64,000 nt of DNA from Phycisphaerae bacterium (GCA_035527275.1 DATLBA010000122.1:19764-83763), one strand, 5' to 3'; positions 27,702 to 36,342 are shown, numbered from the stretch's first letter. Translations and numbers: made by a program. The notes: a model not told the origin generated them from the sequence alone.

Positions 27702-28238
27702 ATGAAAACGTTTCTCGACAGCGCGGGCCGGACCTGGACCATCGCGATCACGGTGGATGCGGTGCGGCGGGTGCGCGACCTGGTGGACGTGAACCTCGCG
27801 CGCATCATCGAGCCGCGCAAGGCGGGAGGCGAGGTCCCCCTTATGACGGATCTCGAGGACGATCTGCTGCTCCTCGTGGACGTCATCTACGCCCTGGTGA
27901 AGCCGCAGGCCGACGAGGCCGGCGTCTCGGACGAGGAGTTCGGCCGGGCCCTGGGCGGCGAGGCAATCGCCGCGGCCCACGAGGCGTTCTGGAGGGAACT
28001 CGCGGATTTTTTCCGGAGCCTGAGGCGGCGCCCGAACGCGGCCGAGGCGAGGGCCATCGAGAAGCAGCTCGCGCTCGTCGAGGCGGCGCTGGCGGTCGCG
28101 GAAGAGAAGATCGAGGCCCTCGATCCGGAAAAGATGATCGCGGCGGCGGAAAAGAAGTTCGAAGAGGAAAACCTCCGGACGGCTGGCGACTCGTCTTCGA
28201 GTGCGCCGGGGTCTGCGGAGTCGCCCCCGGACCGCTGA
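27702..28238 (+). CDS. tail assembly chaperone (gpG-like)
   Basis: Position after the tail-tube gene and an acidic C-terminus. An 89-codon ORF in the -1 frame runs from its stop to 28504. Confidence 0.45.
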   Translation: MKTFLDSAGRTWTIAITVDAVRRVRDLVDVNLARIIEPRKAGGEVPLMTDLEDDLLLLVDVIYALVKPQADEAGVSDEEFGRALGGEAIAAAHEAFWRELADFFRSLRRRPNAAEARAIEKQLALVEAALAVAEEKIEALDPEKMIAAAEKKFEEENLRTAGDSSSSAPGSAESPPDR

Positions 28239-28258
28239 CGCTGCGGGAACTGGTGTGG

Positions 28259-28504
28259 ATGGCGGAAGGATGCTCGCGGGAACGGTGGAACCATACGGCG
28301 TCGCTGATGGCGCACCTGGCGAACATCAGCCCGTTCCGAAAGAAGGGGCGCACGCTCCAGCCGAAAGATTTTCATCCGTTCCAGACGGGACGGCGCAAAG
28401 GCGGTCTGCGGCTGACGAAGGAGAACATCGGCATCCTGAAACAGGTTTTTGTGCGGTCAAAGGCCGCTTCCAACAGGCGGGGGAAAAAAGGGGACGGAAA
28501 ATGA
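28259..28504 (+). CDS. ORF in the -1 frame relative to the chaperone gene: either a gpT-like frameshift extension or a small separate gene
   Basis: Frame-2 ORF open from 27677 through 28504. ATG at 28259. The stop overlaps the next start (ATGA). Confidence 0.3.
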   Translation: MAEGCSRERWNHTASLMAHLANISPFRKKGRTLQPKDFHPFQTGRRKGGLRLTKENIGILKQVFVRSKAASNRRGKKGDGK

Positions 28505-29187
28505 AATGCGCGGCGGCAGTTCTTCTGGCGGTGGCAGTACTCGTTTTGGCGGGCGGGTGCCTCTGGCTCAAAGACTCAACCCGGACCACACCCGCCAGCG
28601 TCGAACTGAACTCGGAGGTTTATAGCGGCCAAGACGAGACTGGTGCGCCGATATGGTCGCGCAAAAGCGCCAAGGCCGTCGGGCCGAGCGTCGCCGTCAA
28701 ACAGGATGGCGGGGCGGCGGATTTCGATTCTACCGTGCCGGAAGTGTCCATCAACGGAATGACGGGGAAGGCCGGCGGGACGGCACTGGGCGTCAAGAAC
28801 GCTTTTGCCAAGGCGCTTCAGACGCCACTAGCGCTCGGCGTTCTGGGTGGTCTGGCGGTCATTGCCGGCGCGGTGCTCGGGATTTTGACGAAAAGTGCCA
28901 AGGCGGCCTTGCCGCTGGTCGGGGTCGGCGTGCTCTTGATTGGCTTGGCCGTCGTCGCCGAGACGGCACCGTGGGTCTATTGGATTGCCGCCCTCGCGGC
29001 GCTTGCTGCTGCGGGCTACCTGGGTTGGCGCTACTGGAAAACCGACCTGTCGTTGCGTCTGGTGGCGCGGGCCGTTGAGAAGTCCGACCATGCTGGAGAA
29101 GTCAAGACGGCGGTTGCACTCGCCAGCCGCGACGATCCGGGGGTCAAGGCGACCATCGGCGAGGCCAAGACAAGAGAAGGGGTGTGA
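28501..29187 (+). CDS. membrane protein (signal peptide/lipobox-like N-terminus, 3 or more TM helices)
   Basis: MKCAAAVLLAVAVLVLAGGC followed by hydrophobic segments. Confidence 0.45.
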   Translation: MKCAAAVLLAVAVLVLAGGCLWLKDSTRTTPASVELNSEVYSGQDETGAPIWSRKSAKAVGPSVAVKQDGGAADFDSTVPEVSINGMTGKAGGTALGVKNAFAKALQTPLALGVLGGLAVIAGAVLGILTKSAKAALPLVGVGVLLIGLAVVAETAPWVYWIAALAALAAAGYLGWRYWKTDLSLRLVARAVEKSDHAGEVKTAVALASRDDPGVKATIGEAKTREGV

Positions 29188-29190
29188 GCA

Positions 29191-29442
29191 ATGGCTCGAA
29201 GGTACATTCTGATTACGCCCGCCGACGGCGGGCTGTGGCGACTCGCCAAGGCCGTCTGTCGTCAGGGGGCGACGGAAGCCCTTGATTTTGCGGGCCTCGT
29301 CAAACGTCTCTGCGAAGAGGAGGCCGGCAAGGCCGAGGTCAACGTCGCCCAGATGAGCGAAGTGCTCGCGGATCTTCGGAAACTCTTGGCGGCGGACCCG
29401 AAGGCGGTCTTGGAGGTCCTGGCTGGGAAACTGGAGGAATGA
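29191..29442 (+). CDS. hypothetical protein
   Basis: RBS GAAGGGG; 83 aa. Confidence 0.4.
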   Translation: MARRYILITPADGGLWRLAKAVCRQGATEALDFAGLVKRLCEEEAGKAEVNVAQMSEVLADLRKLLAADPKAVLEVLAGKLEE

Positions 29443-29558
29443 GGCGATCTCCGCCGAAGGGGTCCAGTCCCACGGCCAAGGGGGGGATCGCCGCGTGTGG
29501 GCGGTCCTGGCGCACCAGGGGGGGGACTAGCCCCTCGCACCGCGAGGGGACATTGGTT

Positions 29559-29590
29559 ATCCCCCGGAGCGCAGTCCGGGGGAGAATAGA
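29559..29590 (+). promoter_or_regulatory. 32-nt hairpin element ATCCCCCGGAGCGCAGTCCGGGGGAGAATAGA immediately 5' of the RBS; copy 1 of 2
   Basis: Stem CCCCCGGA/TCCGGGGG with loop GCGCAG. Identical at 31/32 positions to 32471..32502. Confidence 0.5.
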
Positions 29591-29601
29591 AGGAGGATGA
29601 C

Positions 29602-30132
29602 GTGCCTGCAGGCGGGTTGAACATGACCTTTTCGATGTTCTTCGATCGCCGTCCCGTTCTGCACGCGGCGGATAAGGCCAAGCGGCAGGTGATGTCGAAG
29701 GCCGGGGCGTTCATCCGGACAGCCGCGAAGTCCTCCTTGAAGTCCGCGCCGCAGAAAACGCTCGCGGAAATGTCGGCCGAGGAGCGCGAGATCTATGCCA
29801 TTCGCATCCGCAAGGCCGAACGCCGGGGCCGGCGAAAACCCCGCCGGCCCGAGCGGAGAAGCAGGCCCGGCCGGCCGCCGCTTCTGCACATGCGGCCGTC
29901 GCCTCTGAAGCGGCTCATCTACTTCGGTTACGACCGGGCGGCGGACTCGGTGGTCGTCGGGCCCCTCAGGTTCGGGCGACGCCCGGGCGCGGACGTCCTC
30001 GAGCGCGGCGGCACGGCCCGGATCCGGGGCCGCCGTCGGCGCGTCGCCGCCCGGCCGTTCATGGGACCGGCTCTGGCGCAGGAACTGCCGAAGTTCCCGA
30101 GCCTGTGGCGAGACTCGGTAAGGAGGGCGTGA
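29602..30132 (+). CDS. hypothetical tail/virion morphogenesis protein
   Basis: GTG after AGAAGGAGGA. 176 aa with an Arg-rich C-terminus. Confidence 0.4.
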   Translation: MPAGGLNMTFSMFFDRRPVLHAADKAKRQVMSKAGAFIRTAAKSSLKSAPQKTLAEMSAEEREIYAIRIRKAERRGRRKPRRPERRSRPGRPPLLHMRPSPLKRLIYFGYDRAADSVVVGPLRFGRRPGADVLERGGTARIRGRRRRVAARPFMGPALAQELPKFPSLWRDSVRRA

Positions 30133-30133
30133 C

Positions 30134-32440
30134 ATGGCGACTCCCGGCGGCATTCGTGCCGGCAAGGCTTACGTCGAACTGGGCGTCCGGGACCGTCTGT
30201 CGCGGGGTCTGAGGGCGGCCAGTGCAAAACTCAAGGCGTTCGGGGCTCAGGTCATGGCCATCGGGGCGTCGGTCCGGACCGCGGGCCTTCGGCTCTTCGC
30301 CGCCGCCGCAGGTATGGCGGTGCCGTTTGTCGTTGCCGCGAAGGTCTTCGCCTCCTTCGAAGAGCAGATGGCCAACGTCTCGACGATGCTCGGCGACCAG
30401 GCCGAAAAATACATGCCCGCCTACACGAAAGCCGTCCGCCGCATGAGCGTCGAATTCGGCGAAGGGACCGAGACCATCGCCAAGGGCCTCTACGATCTCC
30501 TGTCGGCCACGGTTGCGCCGGAAAAGGCGCTGGGCGTCCTTCGCGTCGCCCTGAAGGCGGCCGCCGGCGGCATGACCGATACGGCCACATCCGTCAAGGC
30601 AGTGGTCCGCGTCCTGAAGGCTTACAACGTGGATGCGGAGGCGGCGGCGGACATAAGCGACCTCCTGTTCAAGATCGTCCAGCGAGGCGTGGTGACCTAT
30701 CCGGAACTGGCCGAGCACATCGGCTCGGTCGCGCCGGCCGCCCGCGCTGCCGGACTGTCGCTCGAAGAGTTGGCGGCGGCCATCGCGACGGTCATTACCG
30801 TTGAGGAGCCCGCCCGGGCAATGACCGCCCTCAGGCAGGCGATATTCGAGGCCGCCGAGGCGGGGCTCGACCTGATGTCGTTCATCCGAAAGTTCGAGGG
30901 CGCCGACCTCGAAGCAATCATTGCCGCGGGCATTCCCAAACGGGCCGCTCTGGGCGTGGTCATTCTCGCCGGCAACATCGCACTGCTCGATGAAAACCTT
31001 GCCGCGATGGCGGCGAGGACCGGCGCGGCCGAGGAGGCCTATCAGAGGATGGCCTTTACGCTGGGCCGCTTCGGCCGCCAGGCGAAGCAGGCGGGCCTCT
31101 TGATCCTGTCGACGATCGGCGAGGCCCTGGCGGAGCCGCTGAAACGGGCGGCGAAGGCCATCACGGAGTGGGGAACAAGAGTCGCCGACTGGGTTTCCAA
31201 GAATAAGGAGCTGATTCGCACACTGGCAAAAGGCGTCCTCATCGTCGGGGCCCTCGGGGCCGGACTGGTCATCCTGGGGACGATCATTTCCGGCGTCGGC
31301 TTCGGGATTATGGGGTTTGGGATAATACTCGGCGCGGTTGTCACAGCCCTGGGGGCACTTCTCTCGCCCCTCGGGCTCGTTGTGGCGGCCCTCGGCCTCG
31401 TCTCGATTGCCGTCGTCGGTCTCGGCGCCTACCTCCTGTGGGCGAGCGGCGCGGGCGGAAAGGCCCTGGCCTGGCTCAGCGAGAAGTTTGGGGAACTGAA
31501 GGACTTCGCTCTGAAGTCTTTTCAGGGCATCAAGGACGCCCTGGCCGCAGGCGACTTCCGGCTGGCGGCCAGAGTTCTCTGGGCGAGTCTCAAGGTGGCC
31601 TGGCAGAAAGGGACCCACTGGCTGGAGACGACCTGGCTCGATTGGAAGAAGTCATTTCTCGACACGGCGACGGACGCCTTCTACGGCTTCCTGGCGCTTT
31701 GGACCCAGGTCAGAGCAAAAATCGCCACGGTTGCAGCCGAGATGAAGGCGCTTTTCTCGACCATCGGCGCCGTCGGCGCGGGCCTTGTCAAACTCAAACT
31801 TCACGAGACCGTGGGCCGAGCGGCCGCTCGGCGCGAGGCCGCCGAACTGAAGGCACGCAGGGGGCGCGGCGAAATCACACCGGAAGAGTATGCGGCCGGC
31901 AAAACAGAAATTTTTGAGCGTTGGAAAGCCAGGCGCGCAGAGATCGTCGGCGAGACGGATAAAAAACTCGTTGACGCCGAGGAAGACCTGCAAAAAACCC
32001 TTTTGGGAATCGAGGACGAAAAAGAGAAGGCCCTCATCGACGCCGCCGAAAAGGCCGCCGCCGCCCGCCGCAAACACGCAGCTGCACACGGCAAGGCCCT
32101 GGCCGCAGCGGAAAAGGAACTCGCCGACGCCGAAGCCGCGTGGGAGACGGCGGTCAGAGATGCAGCCCAGGCACGCGAGCTGGCGGAACGGCCGCTGTGG
32201 GGGGAGGAAGAACCGCCGGGGGCGCCGCCCGTGCCCAACATTGCGGATCTGCTGAAAAACATCGGCGAGGGTGTGGGCGAGGCTGTGGAGCGGACCGTCC
32301 GGGTCCGGGGGACCTTCAGCCCGTTTGCGGCCGAGGCGCTCGGCCTGGGCGACGCCCTGACCAACGCGGCGAAGGCAACCGCCAAGAACACGAAGCGCCT
32401 CGTCGACATGGCGGAGGATGGCGGACTGGTCTTCGAATAG
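30134..32440 (+). CDS. tail tape measure protein
   Basis: 768 aa, alpha-helical and Ala-rich, with multiple TM segments in the middle. N-terminal resemblance to the phage tape-measure domain family. Confidence 0.75.
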   Translation: MATPGGIRAGKAYVELGVRDRLSRGLRAASAKLKAFGAQVMAIGASVRTAGLRLFAAAAGMAVPFVVAAKVFASFEEQMANVSTMLGDQAEKYMPAYTKAVRRMSVEFGEGTETIAKGLYDLLSATVAPEKALGVLRVALKAAAGGMTDTATSVKAVVRVLKAYNVDAEAAADISDLLFKIVQRGVVTYPELAEHIGSVAPAARAAGLSLEELAAAIATVITVEEPARAMTALRQAIFEAAEAGLDLMSFIRKFEGADLEAIIAAGIPKRAALGVVILAGNIALLDENLAAMAARTGAAEEAYQRMAFTLGRFGRQAKQAGLLILSTIGEALAEPLKRAAKAITEWGTRVADWVSKNKELIRTLAKGVLIVGALGAGLVILGTIISGVGFGIMGFGIILGAVVTALGALLSPLGLVVAALGLVSIAVVGLGAYLLWASGAGGKALAWLSEKFGELKDFALKSFQGIKDALAAGDFRLAARVLWASLKVAWQKGTHWLETTWLDWKKSFLDTATDAFYGFLALWTQVRAKIATVAAEMKALFSTIGAVGAGLVKLKLHETVGRAAARREAAELKARRGRGEITPEEYAAGKTEIFERWKARRAEIVGETDKKLVDAEEDLQKTLLGIEDEKEKALIDAAEKAAAARRKHAAAHGKALAAAEKELADAEAAWETAVRDAAQARELAERPLWGEEEPPGAPPVPNIADLLKNIGEGVGEAVERTVRVRGTFSPFAAEALGLGDALTNAAKATAKNTKRLVDMAEDGGLVFE

Positions 32441-32445
32441 AAAAG

Positions 32446-32467
32446 CCCATGGATTGCAATCCGTGGG
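32446..32467 (+). terminator. stem-loop CCCATGGATTGCAATCCGTGGG after the tape-measure gene, sharing the GATTGCAATC palindromic core with 20112..20133
   Basis: Roughly 10-bp stem with one mismatch. Confidence 0.35.
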
Positions 32468-32470
32468 GTA

Positions 32471-32502
32471 ATCCCCCGGAGCGCAGTCCGGGGGAGGATA
32501 GA
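32471..32502 (+). promoter_or_regulatory. copy 2 of the 32-nt hairpin element, immediately 5' of the start of gene 32505
   Basis: ATCCCCCGGAGCGCAGTCCGGGGGAGGATAGA; 31/32 identity to 29559..29590. Confidence 0.5.
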
Positions 32503-32504
32503 CC

Positions 32505-33380
32505 ATGCCGATCACGGTAAGCGAAAAACCCGACAGCCGCACCCGCGGGGAAGATCGGGCGGAGATGCGCTTTATCATCCGCGGCACGGCCGACGGCGCC
32601 GCCGCGCGGACCGCGCTCCTCGCCAGCGGGGACGTGCCCGCCGCCTACGACGGTCTGGTGCGCGAGCGCGCCCGCGTCGAGCCTGTCCACGTGGACGCCG
32701 GCGACGAGCCGGCCTGCATCTGGGAGGGAATTGTCGAGTACGCCCAGCCGTCCGGGTCCGCGCCGATCCAGACGGAGATCGGCGACGTGGTCCTCTCCGT
32801 CGATACGACCGGCGGTACGCAGCACATCACACAGAGCCTCGAGACGCTGGGCTATTATTCTCCACCCGACAAGGATCCAGCGAACAACAAGGGCGCCATC
32901 GGCGTCACGGACGACTCCGTCGAAGGCGTGGACATTCCCCTGCCGGTCATGCGGCTGACGGCCACGAAGGTGTGGGACCCGGCCGATGAAAGTCTGCCGA
33001 CCATCGCGGCCCTTTACGCCCTGATCGACACGCCGATGAACGTCGCCGAGTTCACTGTCACCGACACGCAGACCGGCCGCACCATGACTTTCGCCGCGGG
33101 CGAGTGCCGATTCCTGGGGCACCGCGAGGGCGGACGAAGAGCCGACGGGGGGTTGGAAATCGTCTATGAGTTCGACGCCCAACCGAACCGGACAGATATG
33201 GACATCGCCGATATGACCGACATCCTCGGGCACAAAATCTCCAAGAAGGGATGGGACTATCTCTGGTTTCGCTACGCGGATGCCGAAGACGACGCGGCGA
33301 AAGCGCTTGTTCAGATCCCCATCGCCGCTTATGTCGAAAAGGTGCACAAAGATGGAGATTTCTCCGTCCTGGGCCTGTAG
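32505..33380 (+). CDS. hypothetical tail protein (distal tail protein position)
   Basis: Follows the tape-measure gene; 291 aa. Confidence 0.45.
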   Translation: MPITVSEKPDSRTRGEDRAEMRFIIRGTADGAAARTALLASGDVPAAYDGLVRERARVEPVHVDAGDEPACIWEGIVEYAQPSGSAPIQTEIGDVVLSVDTTGGTQHITQSLETLGYYSPPDKDPANNKGAIGVTDDSVEGVDIPLPVMRLTATKVWDPADESLPTIAALYALIDTPMNVAEFTVTDTQTGRTMTFAAGECRFLGHREGGRRADGGLEIVYEFDAQPNRTDMDIADMTDILGHKISKKGWDYLWFRYADAEDDAAKALVQIPIAAYVEKVHKDGDFSVLGL

Positions 33381-33395
33381 GCGGGAACAAATGTC

Positions 33396-35180
33396 ATGGC
33401 CTTGAAGCGGGTCCGGCCCGGTGAACGGCTGCGAATCCCGGCCGATGCCTATAACGCCTTCGTGGAGGCGGCCCAGGCCCACCGCGGCCGCCAGCAGGGA
33501 ACAGGCGCGGAGCGCCCCGCTCGCCGGCTCGAGTCCCGAAACGTCGTCCCCGTCAAGAACACTTCCGGCGCCGATCAGGATCGCTTTGCGATCCTCGGCA
33601 TAGATGTCCCGATCTTCACGCCCACGGACAACCTTCAGGAGTTCCAGAACCGGCCGGCCCTGAAGGGCATCGTCCCGACCACGGCCGACCATGCGGGCCG
33701 GTTCGTCGTCCTCCTCGAGCCCGCCAAGGCGGACGTCATCGTTCCCGGCCTGATGATGGGCGTGACGCCGGTCCAGGTGAACATCACGGATGAGAACCAC
33801 CAGTTCGCCGACGTGGCCGACGGCGAAACGGGGCACCTGGAAAGTGGGGTGGCAGGCGCAGCACAGATTCTCTGGCGCGAAGGACTGGTCGAAGAGGAGG
33901 AATGGCCGCAGGTGAAGTGGGCCGTGGTGCGCGTGTCCAATCCCGCGGCCGCGGCGCAACTGGCGATAATCCACGGCCTCAAGGTCACGGGCGTATGGAC
34001 AGCATGGGGCGAGGCATGGACCGATTTCGACACCCACGGATACATCACCTTTGTCAGTGGTAAGTTTGCTTTCCTTGATAAGTCATGGGTGGACGAAGAA
34101 TCGGACGACCTGTTCATCAAGGTCACCGGCCCGCGCGGCAAGAACACCCCCATCGGCTACCGCGGTATCGCCGTCAACGACTTCATCGGCTGGGCGGCTG
34201 GCGATTACTTTGAGGATATTCCGGACTCAGGCGGCGAGGTCTATGACGGCGAGGTGGTGGCGTTCGTCGGCCCCGAGGGGGCGCTGCTGAACTGGGGAAT
34301 CACCGCAGGCAAAGGCTTGGTGCTCGACAACCCCGTGCCCTACGACCGCAAGATCCACGTGGAACTTGAAGATACTACACCCGGTCTCAAGTTCGATGAG
34401 GAGACCGACAACGGTCAACTTATGGTGGATCCGAACACGGACAAAGGCATCACCGTCGGCGCCGCCGGCGTGGAAGCGAAGATTAACGATGGGGTGGCGG
34501 GCCTTCGGTTCGGTGGTGAAGGAAACATCGAAGTTAAACCAGATGCGACGCGCGGCATTGACGTAGCCGCCGATGGCGTCCGAGCGAAACTTGCTGCTGA
34601 CGGGGGCCTTCAGTTCGACGGTGCAGGTGACCTGGCGGTCAAGCCCAAACCAGACGCAGGTATTGTCGTTGATGCGGATGGCGTAGCGGTCAAGCCGTAC
34701 TTTGGGATCGTCCTCGATGCCAACGGAGTGGCTGTCAAGCCGAAGCCGGACTCGGGTATCGTAGTGGATGTGGATGGTGTGGCCGTCAAACCCGACGCGG
34801 CGCGGGCCGCGGGCGTCGATGCCAGCGGCCTCCACGTCCGTGTGCCAGCCGCCGGCAGCCGCAAGGGCGTGATCTTCACGCCGGATGGGGAACTCGGCGC
34901 CCATGTGAACATGGCGGTCGGCGGCATCATGGTTGATGACGACGGCCTGGCGATTCTTGTCAACCAGGACAAAGGCATATCCGTTGACGGCAATGGGGTA
35001 TTTCTCCAACTGGACAGTGTAAATCTGGACTTTGCTGCTGGAGACCTTACCCACATCGTCGGCCCGCACGTGTATGGACACGAAACCAACCTGACGAGTC
35101 TTCATGGCATCAGCCTAGATGCGAACGGGCATGTTCGGAAGGTTTACGCTTATGAGGCATGGATAGGACCGGCAGCATGA
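33396..35180 (+). CDS. tail fiber protein with internal periodic repeats
   Basis: 594 aa with periodic GIVVDxDGVAVKPKPD-type repeats (about 34440..34800). The C-terminal region shares a 64-bp identical stretch with the convergent gene at 35752..36342. Confidence 0.55.
   Translation: MALKRVRPGERLRIPADAYNAFVEAAQAHRGRQQGTGAERPARRLESRNVVPVKNTSGADQDRFAILGIDVPIFTPTDNLQEFQNRPALKGIVPTTADHAGRFVVLLEPAKADVIVPGLMMGVTPVQVNITDENHQFADVADGETGHLESGVAGAAQILWREGLVEEEEWPQVKWAVVRVSNPAAAAQLAIIHGLKVTGVWTAWGEAWTDFDTHGYITFVSGKFAFLDKSWVDEESDDLFIKVTGPRGKNTPIGYRGIAVNDFIGWAAGDYFEDIPDSGGEVYDGEVVAFVGPEGALLNWGITAGKGLVLDNPVPYDRKIHVELEDTTPGLKFDEETDNGQLMVDPNTDKGITVGAAGVEAKINDGVAGLRFGGEGNIEVKPDATRGIDVAADGVRAKLAADGGLQFDGAGDLAVKPKPDAGIVVDADGVAVKPYFGIVLDANGVAVKPKPDSGIVVDVDGVAVKPDAARAAGVDASGLHVRVPAAGSRKGVIFTPDGELGAHVNMAVGGIMVDDDGLAILVNQDKGISVDGNGVFLQLDSVNLDFAAGDLTHIVGPHVYGHETNLTSLHGISLDANGHVRKVYAYEAWIGPAA
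34836..34899 (+). repeat. left copy of a 64-bp inverted repeat, inside the tail-fiber CDS
   Basis: 63/64 identical to the reverse complement of 36081..36144. It encodes VRVPAAGSRKGVIFTPDGELG in both genes. Confidence 0.7.
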
Positions 35181-35755
35181 AAATCGACTGGATTACCGTC
35201 GTGAAGTGTCGCTACGCACGGGACTGGGGCAACCCGGTTCTGGACAAGTGGCTCAACGCCCTGGCGGCGATGGGGGCGGTGGTCCGTGCGAGCAGCGTGG
35301 CTCCGCGCGTGGACTTGATGCGCAACCGCGAGGTTGGACGGTGGCTCGCGGAGGATGCAACCCGCTATCTGCTGATGGTGGATTCGGATATGGTTCCGCT
35401 GCCTGAGACCAACGCCCTGTTGGTTGAGGCGGGCGACGCGCTTTGGTGTCCCTATGTGGACCAGGCGGGCAAGGTGATAGACGCGCAGAAGAACGGTGTC
35501 GGGACGGGATGTATGAGGATTTCACGCGGCTTGGCGGAAGCGATACCGGAACCGCGATTCGAGTATACTCTGGATACATCTGGTCGGAAGGTCGAAAAGA
35601 GCGAGGCCTTCACTTTCACGCAGAAAGTGGCGGCGGCGGGCTTCGCATTCCGCGCCGTCGGGCGAGCGGGACACCTGATGCGGCTGGTAGCCTTGCCGCC
35701 GGGGCCGGGGCACACGGCGGTCGAATGGAAATTCGAGTGGGAGTTTTGGGGCTAG
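35177..35755 (+). CDS. hypothetical protein between the inverted repeats (possible DxD-type glycosyltransferase-like or fiber-assembly protein)
   Basis: ATGA overlap with the fiber stop. Contains LLMVDSDM. The functional call is weak. Confidence 0.35.
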   Translation: MKIDWITVVKCRYARDWGNPVLDKWLNALAAMGAVVRASSVAPRVDLMRNREVGRWLAEDATRYLLMVDSDMVPLPETNALLVEAGDALWCPYVDQAGKVIDAQKNGVGTGCMRISRGLAEAIPEPRFEYTLDTSGRKVEKSEAFTFTQKVAAAGFAFRAVGRAGHLMRLVALPPGPGHTAVEWKFEWEFWG

Positions 35756-36342
35756 GGCGACGAGAACGTCGCTACTTCAACCCATTTAACCGCACCATCG
35801 CCGTGGTCGAACATAAGCACGTAATCTTTAGTTGCGGGATTCGCCGGTGCCGCAACCAATTTCCAAGCCTTGTCTATGGTCTGGTCCCAGACGAGCATCT
35901 GCCCGTCCGCCGTGCCGTCCGCCAGCCCCACACCATCAGCATCTACTTTGACCGCGGCCGCCGCGTCCACCTTGACGCGCACTCCGTTGGCATCAACATC
36001 TATGCCCTTATCCTGGTTGGCGAGGATCGCCAGACCATCATCGTCGATCATGATGCCGCTGATCAGCATATTCGTGTGAACGCCGAGTTCCCCGTCCGGC
36101 GTGAAGATCACGCCCTTGCGGCTGCCGGCGGCTGGCACACGGACATAGAGGCCGTCAGCATCAACCCCCATGGCTCGTGTTGTGTCCGGCTTGGCTTCGA
36201 ATTTGCCGCCCGCCTCGTTCACCAACCGAAATTTCCGCGCCTCCACGACCTCTGCCGCTGGCGGCGTTCCGCCGCACGCCACCGCCATGACGGCCAACGG
36301 AAGCACCAACAACACAGTGATGAATCGAGTTGATCTCTTCAT
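35752..36342 (-). CDS. lipoprotein whose C-terminal domain is homologous to the tail-fiber C-terminus
   Basis: Lipobox signal peptide MKRSTRFITVLLVLPLAVMAVAC. RBS GGGAGA. The C-terminal region (YVRVPAAGSRKGVIFTPDGELGVHTNM...GIMIDDDGLAILANQDKGIDVD) parallels the fiber C-terminus (HVRVPAAGSRKGVIFTPDGELGAHVNM...GIMVDDDGLAILVNQDKGISVD). Confidence 0.55.
   Translation of the reverse strand: MKRSTRFITVLLVLPLAVMAVACGGTPPAAEVVEARKFRLVNEAGGKFEAKPDTTRAMGVDADGLYVRVPAAGSRKGVIFTPDGELGVHTNMLISGIMIDDDGLAILANQDKGIDVDANGVRVKVDAAAAVKVDADGVGLADGTADGQMLVWDQTIDKAWKLVAAPANPATKDYVLMFDHGDGAVKWVEVATFSSP
36081..36144 (-). repeat. right copy of the 64-bp inverted repeat, inside the lipoprotein CDS
   Basis: See 34836..34899. 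Confidence 0.7.
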
